DNA of 58,642 nt from an uncultured Planctomycetaceae bacterium. Lineage in GTDB: Bacteria; Planctomycetota; Planctomycetia; Pirellulales; PNKZ01. The notes beneath the pieces are model-generated. The model worked only from the letters and a program-made list of their open reading frames with translations. It was not told the origin of the DNA and did not search any database. Shown here piece by piece: positions 37,609-47,080 of this stretch. Location: contig CAYLYE010000001.1 in assembly GCA_964387325.1 (NCBI GenBank), positions 85,453 to 144,094 on the forward strand, in the 5' to 3' direction. Every line of letters begins with the position of its first letter. Position 1 is the first letter of the stretch. Both the position numbers and the translations under genes were made by a program.

Positions 37609-39386
37609 TGCTGCCACGCGAGTTGATCGTCGCTGCTGTTTTGGTCCTCGCTCTGCTGTTTCCCGACTGGGTCGCGGCTCAGGAACCGGCCAACTGGCCG
37701 CTGGACAAAGTGATCTATCCGGCCACGCGCGGCGCGGGGGGCTATCTCGCGCTCTACAAAATCGGCTTCGTGTGGTTCGTGTTCGCGGCGTTCGTCTATT
37801 TGGCCGATTGGGTCAACTTCGACGTGCAGCAACTCAAACTGGGCACGAGCAAGTGGAACGGCATCGTCGTCGGCACGTTCCTGCTCGGCTGGCTGCTGCT
37901 GAGCCTAATCCCGTGGTTCTGGGCGGCGTTCCCGCTCTACTTGGCGTGCAGTTTAGGGCCCACGGTCGCGTACACTTTCAAACGGAACAAGTCGGTGACC
38001 GACGATGAGAAGGTGCTGACCCGCAATCACGTGCTGCAATGGGCCGCGCCGGTGTTGAAGCGCGTCGGGGTCAAGGTGCCCGAGCGGGACGCGGGGGGCG
38101 GGGGTGCGAATCTGCCGATCGAAATTTTCGTCAAGGGGGGCGCCAACGAAGGCGAAAACAAAGCCAACAGCATGCGCCTCGCAACGATCAAAGGCTATCA
38201 CGCCGCCCAACAGCTGCTGATCGATATTCGCACCCGCCGCGCTGCCGCCGTCGTGCTCGACTACTCGCAGGCGAGTGTCGCCGTGCAGTTCCAGATCGAC
38301 GGCGTGTTGAACAATGCACCAGCCAAAACGCGCGAGGGGGCCGACCCCATGCTCGAAGTGCTCAAGTCGGCGGCCTCCTTGAACCCCAAGGAACGTGTGC
38401 AGCGACAGCATGGCTGGTTCGAGATCAAGCACGAGAAGGGCAAGTACACCTGCAAAATCACCAGCCAAGGCATCCCCACCGGCGAGCGCGTGCTGGTGCA
38501 GGTCGACGACGGCTTCGCACAACAGGCCAAGCTCGACAACATCGGTCTGCGGCCCAAACAGCAAGAAGACCTCAAGAAAGCCCTGATGGAAAAAGAGGGG
38601 CTCGTGCTCGTCGCGGCCCCCAGCGGCAAAGGCCTTTCGTCGCTGTTCGTCGCCGCAGCCACCGGAGTCGACCGCTTTATGCGCAGCGCCGTGGGCGTTG
38701 AAAACGCCAAGGCCAACGAGATCCATGTCGAGAATGTCCCCGTCACGACCTACGACGCCGAAGCCGGACAGACGCCGATGACCGTCCTACCCGGCCTCGC
38801 ACGCCAGTATCCAGACGTGTATGTCGTCTACGATTTTGTGAACGGCGAAACGCTGACCATGCTGTGCAAGGAAGTGACTGATGAGAAACGGTTGGTCATT
38901 GGCACGATTCAGGCCAAAGAGGCTGCCGAGGCGATCGTTCGCGCGTTGATGCTCAAGGTGCCCACGAAGAACTTGGCGATGGCCTTGTCGGCCTGCGTGA
39001 GCGGTCGACTGGTGCGCAAGTTATGCGACAGCTGCAAGCAGGCCTACACACCAAATCCTGAGCTGTTGAAGAAGCTGCGTGTACCGCCGGAGAAGGTGAC
39101 GGCGTTCTATCAGCCACCGCCGCCCAAGGCCCCAGTGCAAGGCGAAAAGCCGACCCCGCCCTGCTCAAATTGCGGAGGGGTTGGTTACTTGGGCCGAACC
39201 GGCATCTTCGAGCTTGTGATCGTCAACAACGACGTGCGTCAGGCGATTGCGAACAAGCCGTCGGTGGAGACCATTCGTCAAGCGGCACAAAAGGCGGGCA
39301 TGGCTACGATGCAAGAAGAAGCGATCGCGCTGGTCGTTCGCGGCGTGACGTCGCTCGAAGAGATCATGCGTGCCCTCAAGGAATAA
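37608..39386 (+). CDS. Membrane-anchored GspE/PilB-like protein with degenerate ATPase motifs and an intact tetra-Cys motif
   Basis: The start ATG overlaps the pilT stop (TAATG). The N-terminal ~160 aa contain several hydrophobic helices. The C-terminal part is colinear with GspE but carries replaced catalytic motifs. CDSCK...CSNCGGVGYLGRTGIFELV is retained. Confidence 0.8.
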   Translation: MLPRELIVAAVLVLALLFPDWVAAQEPANWPLDKVIYPATRGAGGYLALYKIGFVWFVFAAFVYLADWVNFDVQQLKLGTSKWNGIVVGTFLLGWLLLSLIPWFWAAFPLYLACSLGPTVAYTFKRNKSVTDDEKVLTRNHVLQWAAPVLKRVGVKVPERDAGGGGANLPIEIFVKGGANEGENKANSMRLATIKGYHAAQQLLIDIRTRRAAAVVLDYSQASVAVQFQIDGVLNNAPAKTREGADPMLEVLKSAASLNPKERVQRQHGWFEIKHEKGKYTCKITSQGIPTGERVLVQVDDGFAQQAKLDNIGLRPKQQEDLKKALMEKEGLVLVAAPSGKGLSSLFVAAATGVDRFMRSAVGVENAKANEIHVENVPVTTYDAEAGQTPMTVLPGLARQYPDVYVVYDFVNGETLTMLCKEVTDEKRLVIGTIQAKEAAEAIVRALMLKVPTKNLAMALSACVSGRLVRKLCDSCKQAYTPNPELLKKLRVPPEKVTAFYQPPPPKAPVQGEKPTPPCSNCGGVGYLGRTGIFELVIVNNDVRQAIANKPSVETIRQAAQKAGMATMQEEAIALVVRGVTSLEEIMRALKE

Positions 39387-39392
39387 GACCTC

Positions 39393-40001
39393 ATGAGTTT
39401 CGTATTATCGTTGCTGTTGTTGATCGTTCCGCTGGCCCTGGCCGTTCGTCATTTCAATCAAGGCCTCTGGGGCGGCGTCATCCAACTCGTCAACATTACC
39501 ACCGCCGCGCTCATCGCCACCAGTAATTTTGAACCCTTGGCCCATGCCATGCAGGGCGCCTGGGACGGTCTCTACTATTGGGCCGACTTCCTCGCCGCTT
39601 GGCTCATCTTCGGTGTCAGCTTGTTTGTCATGACGCTGGCGATGAGCAAACTCTCGGGCTTCCGGCTCAAGTTTCCCAAGCAGGTCGACCAGATCGGCGG
39701 CGCACTGTTGCAGGCCTGGGCCGGTTGGGCGCTGGTCTGTTTTCTCACCATGACCTTGCACATGGCGCCCCTCGCTAAGAACTTTTTCTTCGGCGGCTTT
39801 AAGCCCGAGCAGCCGCTCGTGTTTGGTTTCGCTCCCGACCGCCTGTGGCTCGGTTACGCACAAAAACTCTCGCTCGGCACCTTTTCAGCCGGTAACGTAT
39901 TCGACCCGCAAGGCGATTTTATGATCCGCTATGCGAGCAAACGGCTCCAATACGAGCGGGCTGACGGGATGTTTAACTCGCCGCCACCCATGCAAAAGTA
40001 A
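39393..40001 (+). CDS. Polytopic membrane protein, possibly CvpA family
   Basis: It has four hydrophobic segments and the size and N-terminus (MSFVLSLLLLIVPLALAVRHFNQG) resemble CvpA-like proteins. It starts 7 nt after the upstream stop. Confidence 0.5.
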   Translation: MSFVLSLLLLIVPLALAVRHFNQGLWGGVIQLVNITTAALIATSNFEPLAHAMQGAWDGLYYWADFLAAWLIFGVSLFVMTLAMSKLSGFRLKFPKQVDQIGGALLQAWAGWALVCFLTMTLHMAPLAKNFFFGGFKPEQPLVFGFAPDRLWLGYAQKLSLGTFSAGNVFDPQGDFMIRYASKRLQYERADGMFNSPPPMQK

Positions 40002-40044
40002 CCTTTCGATCCCCTTCAATTATTTTTCTTGCACGTAGGGTGTT

Positions 40045-40833
40045 ATGCAGCCGGCTCGATTATTGTTGGAAAAAGTCCGTCGCGGCGAACCCACTCCCGG
40101 CGCGTTGCTCACCGATCATCTGTGGCCCGACTTGATCGAGATTTGCCAGCGGAGCGGGCTCGACTACGCCATTATCGATCTCGAACACGGCCCCCACGCG
40201 CACGATGTCGTGGCCGAGGCGTGCGCCACCGGTCGTCGACTGAACTTCCCGGTGCTCATCCGTCCGCGCAGCAACGGCTACCACGATCTGCGACTGGCGA
40301 TCGACCTTGGTTGCTGCGGGTTCCTGCTCGCCAGTGTCGAATCGGCTGCCGAGATGGACGTGGTCCGCGAGGCCGTCCACCTGCCGCCGCGCGGCAAGCG
40401 TCGCCCCGGCGGGTTGAGCAACCGTTGGGTCAGCGGGTTTCATTACCAGGACTGGCGCAGCGAAGTCGAGGACGACTTCCTCGTGCTGCCGCAGATCGAA
40501 ACGAAAGTCGGCCTCGCCAATCTCGCCGCGATCGCCACGCATGAGATGACGACCGTGCTGGCCGTCGGGCCGTATGACCTGTCGGCCGAGTTGGGCGTGT
40601 GCGGCGAGATGACCGCGCCGGTGCTGCGCGAGGCGCTCTTGAAAATCCTCGCCGCGGCCAAGTCAGCCGGCAAGAGCGGCTGGATGATCGGCTCCGATCC
40701 AGCGGGGCTCGTGCGCGACGGCTGGAACTTTGTCTGCATCGGCGAGCCGACCTGGATCATGGCCGGTGCGATGAAACAGACCGTCGAGCAATTGCGCGGC
40801 GGCAACAGCGGCGCGAAGTCGTACACCGCGTAG
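40045..40833 (+). CDS. HpcH/HpaI aldolase / citrate-lyase beta family protein
   Basis: It has LDYAIIDLEHGPH, VLIRPRSN, LPQIETKVGLANL, and the fold length expected of the family. Confidence 0.85.
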   Translation: MQPARLLLEKVRRGEPTPGALLTDHLWPDLIEICQRSGLDYAIIDLEHGPHAHDVVAEACATGRRLNFPVLIRPRSNGYHDLRLAIDLGCCGFLLASVESAAEMDVVREAVHLPPRGKRRPGGLSNRWVSGFHYQDWRSEVEDDFLVLPQIETKVGLANLAAIATHEMTTVLAVGPYDLSAELGVCGEMTAPVLREALLKILAAAKSAGKSGWMIGSDPAGLVRDGWNFVCIGEPTWIMAGAMKQTVEQLRGGNSGAKSYTA

Positions 40834-40915
40834 CGACGGTCTTGATTTTCAAACGGGGATCAGCCGGCTTCTCCCGGGGCTTAAATGAATTCAATACCCC
40901 ATCGGGAACGCGGCG

Positions 40916-42829
40916 CTAGATCGGCTCGCCATTCCAGCGGACGTAGCCTTCCATCGCAAAGTACTCGGGCAGCCCCAGGGCGTTGTACTGATCGGCCGTG
41001 TTGCGATTGCGATCCTCGGCTCGCTGCCAAAACTCACGCTTGTCGCTGCCGGGAAACAAGGCGGCGTCCTTTTGCGACTCGTGCCGGAATATGGCCTGAC
41101 GCTTGATCGCCAAGTCGCGCGGCGACAACGGAACCGCAATCTCAATCTCGTCCAGCGGCCACTCCTGCCACGCCCCACGATACAGCAGCACCTCGGGCAA
41201 CGTCTGGCCCGCGTCACGCATCTGGTACATGGCCTGAAAGATCGCCTCGGCACACACACGATGCGTGCCATGCGGATCGCTCAGGTCGCCGGCCACGTAC
41301 ACCTGATCGAACTGCAAACGCTCGAGCAGGCTGCGAATGATCTGCACGTCGGCGCTACCCACCGGGTTCTTGGCGATCGTACCGGTACGATAGAACGGCA
41401 AGTCGAGAAAGTGCAGGTGCTCTTCGCGGCAACCGCAGACGATCGCGCCGGCCTTGGCCTCGGCCCAGCGAATGAGCGCCTTGATCTTGAGCACCGCGTC
41501 ACTGTCGGGCTCGCCCGGCTGCTTGAGCGCCAGCGACTTGTGAACTTGCTCCTCGACCTTGCGCGACGAGTCTTGATCGATACCAAACAGCCGGTTGTAC
41601 TCGGTGACCAGATCGGCGATCAGGACCGCGTCGTGATCGAACACCGCGATGTTGCCGCTCGTCATGTAGGCGACATGCACGTCGTGGCCATCCTCGACCA
41701 GCCGGATCAGCGCGCCCCCCATGCTAATCACATCGTCGTCCGGGTGAGGGCTGAAACAAATCACCCGTTTGCGCTGCTCCTTGCCGGCCGGATGGTAGTT
41801 GATCGTCGAGTTCATCCAGCGGAACACATCGTGAGCCACTTTATGGGCCGGTCCGTGCTCGCGTAGCAGGGTGTGTAAACTATGGTCACGGAAGTCTTGG
41901 TCGGCCAACTTGAGCAGCGCCTTGCCCGTCTGTTGCGAGAGCCACAGCACAGCACGCTTAATGAGCCGCTCGTTCCACTCGACATGACTGTTGAGCCACG
42001 GAGTGGCGATGCCGGTGAGCTGGGTGGCCGAGGCCGAATCGACGAGCACGGTCACATCGCCATGCTCGCGCAGGCAGGTGGCTGGCACCTGCTCGGTCAC
42101 CGGCCCCTCGCACAGTTGACGAATGATCGGTGCCTTGTGCTCGCCCAACGCCAGCAACAGGATTTTACGAGCCTGTAAGATGGTGCCTAGGCCGAGCGTC
42201 AGTCCTTGCGCCGGGACGTTGTCTTCGCTGAAGAAATCGCTCGCTGCGTCGCGTCGTGTGATCGGATCGAGTGTCACGAGCCGCATCCGGCTGTCGCGCG
42301 GCGAGAAAGGTTCGTTGAAGCCAATGTGCCCGTTGCGGCCGATACCCAACACCTGCACGTCGATCCCGCCGTTGCGCTGAATCAGTTGCTCGTAGCCGCG
42401 GCAATACGCCTCGACCTCGCTGGCCTTCACCGTGCTGTCGGGGATATGGATGTTCGTGCCTTTGACGTTCACGTGATTGAAGAAGTTGTCGAACATCCAG
42501 CGCCGCAGGCTTTGCAACTGCTCGGGACGAATGCCGAAATATTCATCCAAGTTGAACGTGATACAGCCGCTGAAATCGAGACGCTCGTCGCGATGCATGC
42601 GGACCAGTTCGCGATACACGCCCAGCGGCGTCGAGCCGGTCGGCAGGCCGAGCACGGCCATTTGGCCCAGGTTGTTGCGGTCGCGAATAATGTCGGCCAC
42701 GATTTGCGCCACGGCGCGGGCCAAGTCGCGATTCGAGTCAAACACGCGGATCGGCAGACGCGAGCCGCTCACCGATCGAGGAGCATTTTGCACAACAGAC
42801 ATGAGCGAAGCCTGAGCTCCGGGCGACAA
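40916..42829 (-). CDS. nagB: Long-form glucosamine-6-phosphate deaminase (NagB domain fused to a LmbE/PIG-L-like domain)
   Basis: The N-terminal part has LGLPTGSTPLGVYRELV, TFNLDEY and GIGRNGHIGFNEP. The C-terminal part has FSPHPDDDVISMGG, the PIG-L motif. ATG 42802 is an alternative start. Confidence 0.9.
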   Translation of the reverse strand: MSPGAQASLMSVVQNAPRSVSGSRLPIRVFDSNRDLARAVAQIVADIIRDRNNLGQMAVLGLPTGSTPLGVYRELVRMHRDERLDFSGCITFNLDEYFGIRPEQLQSLRRWMFDNFFNHVNVKGTNIHIPDSTVKASEVEAYCRGYEQLIQRNGGIDVQVLGIGRNGHIGFNEPFSPRDSRMRLVTLDPITRRDAASDFFSEDNVPAQGLTLGLGTILQARKILLLALGEHKAPIIRQLCEGPVTEQVPATCLREHGDVTVLVDSASATQLTGIATPWLNSHVEWNERLIKRAVLWLSQQTGKALLKLADQDFRDHSLHTLLREHGPAHKVAHDVFRWMNSTINYHPAGKEQRKRVICFSPHPDDDVISMGGALIRLVEDGHDVHVAYMTSGNIAVFDHDAVLIADLVTEYNRLFGIDQDSSRKVEEQVHKSLALKQPGEPDSDAVLKIKALIRWAEAKAGAIVCGCREEHLHFLDLPFYRTGTIAKNPVGSADVQIIRSLLERLQFDQVYVAGDLSDPHGTHRVCAEAIFQAMYQMRDAGQTLPEVLLYRGAWQEWPLDEIEIAVPLSPRDLAIKRQAIFRHESQKDAALFPGSDKREFWQRAEDRNRNTADQYNALGLPEYFAMEGYVRWNGEPI

Positions 42830-43023
42830 ACAGCAGGAAAGCAGCAGACCCTCAATTATGCCATGCCGACCCCGCCGCGACCATTGCCCCCGGCGGTCGT
42901 AATTGTCCTAGAAACTTTACTCGCCCGGTCCGGCAACGTAGGATAGGAGGACTTTGCCTCCCCCCGTGGGCTCGTGGTTCCCGCCGCCTGTAAGACCTTT
43001 CCCCTCAAGGACCTGCTGCCGTG

Positions 43024-44265
43024 ATGCGCACTGTTGCTCGATTGCTCTGCTCGTTGGTCGTGTTGTCATTCGTCGTTGAGGTCTCGGCCCAAACCTGGTC
43101 CCGTTACCGTGGACCCAACGGCACGGGGGTCGTCTCGGCGCCGAACATCCCGAGCAAGTGGACCGAAGCCGACTACAACTGGAAAACCAAACTCCCCGGC
43201 CAAGGGCACTCGTCGCCGGTCCTGTGGGGCGACAAGATCTTCTTGCTCAGTGCCGATGACGACCCCGCCGTGCGTTATGTGCTGTGCGTATCGGCCAAGG
43301 ACGGCAAGATCCTCTGGCAACGGCAGTACCCTGCCAAGCTGCACAAGAAGCACCTGCTCAACACGTTTGCTTCGAGCACTCCGGCAGTCGACGCCGAGCG
43401 TATTTACGTGAGCTGGTCGACCCCCGAAGAGTACACGTTCCTCGCGCTCACGCATGATGGCCGCGACGCGTGGCGCTTGAACCTCGGTCCTTACATCAGC
43501 CAGCATAGCTGCGGCACCTCGCCCATGCTCTATGGCGACATGGTCATTCTGTGCAACGAGCAGGATGGCGAAATGAAGGGTGAGAACGACGGCGCTGGCG
43601 TGAGTTTCTTGCTCGCCGTGTCGGCCAAGGACGGCAGCCAACGCTGGCGCATCGATCGCAAGAGCGCCGTGGTCACGTACTCGACTGCGTGCGTTTATCC
43701 GTACAAAGGACAAGACGTGCTGCTGTTCAACAGCCAGGGGCACGGCATCAGCGCCGTCGAACCCAAGAGCGGCAAAGTGCTCTGGGAAACCGAGGTGTTG
43801 AACAAGCGGAGCGTGAGCTCACCCGTGTTTTATAAAGACCTCGTGTTTGCCACCTGCGGCTCGGGAGGCGGCGGCAACTACGTGGTCGCCGTGCGCGTGG
43901 GTGACAAGCCCGAGATCGCTTACAAGATCGAGGACTCGGCCCCGTATGTGCCAACGCTGCTCGTGAAAGATGATCTGCTGTTCATGTGGAGCGAGAAGGG
44001 AATTGTGAGCTGCGCCAAGGCGGCGACGGGCGAAGTGCTCTGGAAGGAGCGGCTCGGCGGCAAGTTCTGGGGCTCGCCGATCTGCATCGACGACCGGCTC
44101 TACTGCACGGCCGAGGATGGCGAGGTGATCGTCATCGCCGCCAAGGACAAGTACGAATTGCTCGCCAAGAATCCGCTCGGCGAGGCCAGCAGCTCGACCC
44201 CCGCGGTGGCCGATGGCCGCCTGTACTTGCGGAGCGTCTCGCACTTGATCTCGCTCGGAAAGTAA
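43024..44265 (+). CDS. Secreted PQQ-like beta-propeller repeat protein
   Basis: It has a signal peptide and repeated W-x-propeller blades (GHSSPVLWGDKIFLLS, GKILWQ, GKVLWE, GEVLWK, DGRLYLRS). Confidence 0.8.
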   Translation: MRTVARLLCSLVVLSFVVEVSAQTWSRYRGPNGTGVVSAPNIPSKWTEADYNWKTKLPGQGHSSPVLWGDKIFLLSADDDPAVRYVLCVSAKDGKILWQRQYPAKLHKKHLLNTFASSTPAVDAERIYVSWSTPEEYTFLALTHDGRDAWRLNLGPYISQHSCGTSPMLYGDMVILCNEQDGEMKGENDGAGVSFLLAVSAKDGSQRWRIDRKSAVVTYSTACVYPYKGQDVLLFNSQGHGISAVEPKSGKVLWETEVLNKRSVSSPVFYKDLVFATCGSGGGGNYVVAVRVGDKPEIAYKIEDSAPYVPTLLVKDDLLFMWSEKGIVSCAKAATGEVLWKERLGGKFWGSPICIDDRLYCTAEDGEVIVIAAKDKYELLAKNPLGEASSSTPAVADGRLYLRSVSHLISLGK

Positions 44266-44564
44266 GCGGACGAGGGTCCGTTGGTCGAGCAGGAACACTC
44301 TCAAAGCGATCGAAATCCGGACGGCTGCGGCTGTTGGGCGGAATGATCGGCGACGGTCTGAAAAAAACTTCCGGCGAAGCCAAATTTTCTTGGTGGAATA
44401 TTTCCCCCGTCGCGCGTTAAAGACCTTATGAACCACGCGGGACGCCTCGAAAAATCCTTCGAGGCCGCTCGCCGATTCACTCGTCTTTCATCTCGTCTTC
44501 ACGTCTCTGCCTGACGTTTCCTCAACGCTCAGGTCTCGTCTCATTGTGTCGGAGGTCTCCCATC

Positions 44565-45278
44565 ATGTCCGCAGACAATGCATCACCCCGCTACCCACGT
44601 CGCGATCCGTTCACTCGCCATTCGCTGCACCGCAGCCTGTGGCTCGAAAGTCTCGAAGACCGGCTCTTGCTCTACGGCGTGACTGACCAGCAGCAGGGCC
44701 AACCTCAAGGGGCTGCGATGATCGGCTCGGCCGTCGCGGGCCAGACACAAGGTGGTCAACAACAGGGTGGCCAGCAACAACAAGGTGCCCAACAGGGAAT
44801 ACCGGGCGGAGCCCAAGGAGGCGCTCAGGGGGGACAAAAATTGCCCGCCGGAGCAGGCGGTCAGCAAGGAGCCCAGATGCCGGGAGGTCAACAAACGGGC
44901 GCGCAACAAAAACCCGCCGCACCGCAGGGAGCCCAACAGCAAGGCACTGGCCCCCAAGCGGGTGCTCAGGCCGGTCAACAACCGACCGGTCCATCGAAAC
45001 CGACTGGAGCACAAGTCGGCGGTCAACAGCAAGGCGCACCGAAAGGCGGACAACCGCAGGCAGGCGCCACGCAAGCAGGTGCCCAACAAGGGGGCGCACA
45101 ACGAAAACCGACCGCTCCTCAAGCAGGCCAACAACCAGCCACTCAGCAGACGGGCGGACAGCAGCAAAGCAACGTCAGCCCGCAAGCCTTCGACGCCATC
45201 TATAATCAACTCGGCGGGAGCAATACGACCAATAACGGTACCGGCACGAAGCTAACCTACACCGGAACCGCTCGCTAA
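44565..45278 (+). CDS. Gln/Gly/Ala-rich low-complexity protein with an N-terminal LESLEDRLLL motif
   Basis: GGAGG lies 9 nt upstream of ATG 44565. About 170 aa consist of degenerate GGQQQGAQ-type repeats. A strong terminator follows the gene. Confidence 0.6.
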   Translation: MSADNASPRYPRRDPFTRHSLHRSLWLESLEDRLLLYGVTDQQQGQPQGAAMIGSAVAGQTQGGQQQGGQQQQGAQQGIPGGAQGGAQGGQKLPAGAGGQQGAQMPGGQQTGAQQKPAAPQGAQQQGTGPQAGAQAGQQPTGPSKPTGAQVGGQQQGAPKGGQPQAGATQAGAQQGGAQRKPTAPQAGQQPATQQTGGQQQSNVSPQAFDAIYNQLGGSNTTNNGTGTKLTYTGTAR

Positions 45279-45308
45279 TTCAGGCAACGGAGTGATTGGG
45301 AGACGGAC

Positions 45309-45363
45309 GGGAAGAAGGGAACGGTGAGCCTCGCGGCAGCCTCCCTTCTTCCCGGTTTTTTTT
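45309..45363 (+). terminator. Rho-independent terminator after the Q/G-rich gene
   Basis: The 12-bp stem gggaagaaggga (45309-45320) pairs with tcccttcttccc (45342-45353) and is followed by a run of eight T. Confidence 0.75.
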
Positions 45364-45517
45364 GCGCGGAGGAGCAATCCTGCTGCGGTGACGCGCGGGC
45401 GAAATGCTCGCCCAGGCGATGCAGCCAAGCCGGTGGTGCTTTACAACCGCGGCTGGGCAGAGTGTAATCCCCTCTCGCCAACCTTTGCGCCAATCACCGC
45501 CTCGCAGGACTCACGCC

Positions 45518-46969
45518 ATGGCCGACGCACCCCAATACGATCCGTATGCCATGACTGCGGATCTGGTCCGTGACCCGCCCGTGAGCTTGTGGGCAGCACT
45601 CAAAAAGATCGGGCCGGGCATTATCCTCGCCGGCAGCATTGTCGGCTCGGGCGAGTTGATTGTCACCACATCGCTCGGGGCCGAGGTGGGTTACGGCTTC
45701 CTGTGGCTCATCTTGTTTAGTTGCTTTATCAAGGTGTTCGTGCAAATCGAGCTAGGGCGCAACGCCATCTCGTCGGGGCTCCCCACGCTGACTGCGCTCA
45801 ACGAACTGCCGGGTCCCAAGCTCGGCGCGCATTGGTTGGTCTGGTGGTGGTTCGTGATGCTGCTGTGCAGCGTCTCGCAATTGGGCGGCATGACCGGCGC
45901 GGTTGGGCAATCGCTCAACATCGGGTTCCCTGGCGTGAGCGAGTCGATTCGCACGCAACTCGAGTCGGTCGCGCCGCAATGGGCGCTCTCGGTCAGCGAG
46001 CGGCCCGAGTTGCCCTGGGCGTTTCTGACCTGCCTCGTGGCGATTGCGTTGCTCCGTAGCGGCGGCTATCGCCGAGTCGAGCTGCTCACGACGCTGCTCG
46101 TGGCCGGCGTGACGTTTATCACGCTGGTCTGTGTGCTGGCCCTGCCGGCGACCGGTTTCGCCCCCAATGTCGACGATATGATCAAAGGCTTGTTGCCGAT
46201 CATCCCCGCCGTCGGGGTCGCCAAGGCGCTGGGAGCCTTTGGCATTACCGGCGTCGGGGCCAGCGAACTCTATTCCTATCCGTACTGGTGTATCGAGAAA
46301 GGATACGCGCGCTACACCGGGCCGCGCGACAACAGCGACGCTTGGGTCCGCCGCGCCAAAGGCTGGATGCGCGTGCTATACCTCGACGCCTGGGTGAGCA
46401 TGCTCGTCTTCACGGTCGCGACGGTCGCGTTCTACATCATGGGCGCAAGTGTGCTGCATCCTCAGGGGCTCGACCCCAAAGGCTCGCAGATGATTCGCGT
46501 GCTGTCCGAGATGTACATCGGCCCATTCGGCAAGTGGACGCAGGTCGTATTCATCATCGGCGCCGGCCTGACACTGTTCAAAACACTGTACGTGTCGGCC
46601 GCCTCGCATAGCCGGCTGGTGACCGATTTCTTTCGCCTCAACGGATTTGTCGACGTACCTGACGTAACTTCGCGCAACCGTTGGGTCAGCCGACTGCAGG
46701 TCTTTTTTCCCATCTTCGCTTTGGTCCTGTTCCTGTGTTTTAAGGACCCACGGACGATGGTGATCTTCGGCGGCATGGCTCAAGCCGCGACACTCCCTGT
46801 CATCTCCGGAGCGACGCTCTATCTACGCTATCGTCGGACCGATCCACGACTCGCGCCGTCCTTATTCAACGATTTGATGTTGTGGGTCGCGTTTGTCTCG
46901 ATCACCGCCGTCTCCGGTTACGGCGTGTTCACCGGCATCCGCGACCTCGTCACGACGCTGATGTCATAA
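45518..46969 (+). CDS. mntH: NRAMP-family divalent metal (Mn/Fe) transporter
   Basis: It has GPGIILAGSIVGSGELIVTTSLGAEVGYGFLWLILFSCFIKVFVQIELGR and a polytopic profile throughout. The start is ATG 45518. Confidence 0.85.
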   Translation: MADAPQYDPYAMTADLVRDPPVSLWAALKKIGPGIILAGSIVGSGELIVTTSLGAEVGYGFLWLILFSCFIKVFVQIELGRNAISSGLPTLTALNELPGPKLGAHWLVWWWFVMLLCSVSQLGGMTGAVGQSLNIGFPGVSESIRTQLESVAPQWALSVSERPELPWAFLTCLVAIALLRSGGYRRVELLTTLLVAGVTFITLVCVLALPATGFAPNVDDMIKGLLPIIPAVGVAKALGAFGITGVGASELYSYPYWCIEKGYARYTGPRDNSDAWVRRAKGWMRVLYLDAWVSMLVFTVATVAFYIMGASVLHPQGLDPKGSQMIRVLSEMYIGPFGKWTQVVFIIGAGLTLFKTLYVSAASHSRLVTDFFRLNGFVDVPDVTSRNRWVSRLQVFFPIFALVLFLCFKDPRTMVIFGGMAQAATLPVISGATLYLRYRRTDPRLAPSLFNDLMLWVAFVSITAVSGYGVFTGIRDLVTTLMS

Positions 46970-47080
46970 ACTCGCGGCGACTGACATGAATTCGCGCCGC
47001 TTGCTTGACAGTCGCGGCCCCAGCGATTACGCAGGAGATATCTCCTGTGTGATTGGCAACCGTGGTAAAGGAAATTCGTC

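Noticed and set aside
45364-45517. Possible Mn-responsive (yybP-ykoY-type) riboswitch in the leader of the NRAMP gene
   Set aside because: I could not find the conserved four-way-junction core sequences. Only the upstream gene's terminator is evident in this spacer.
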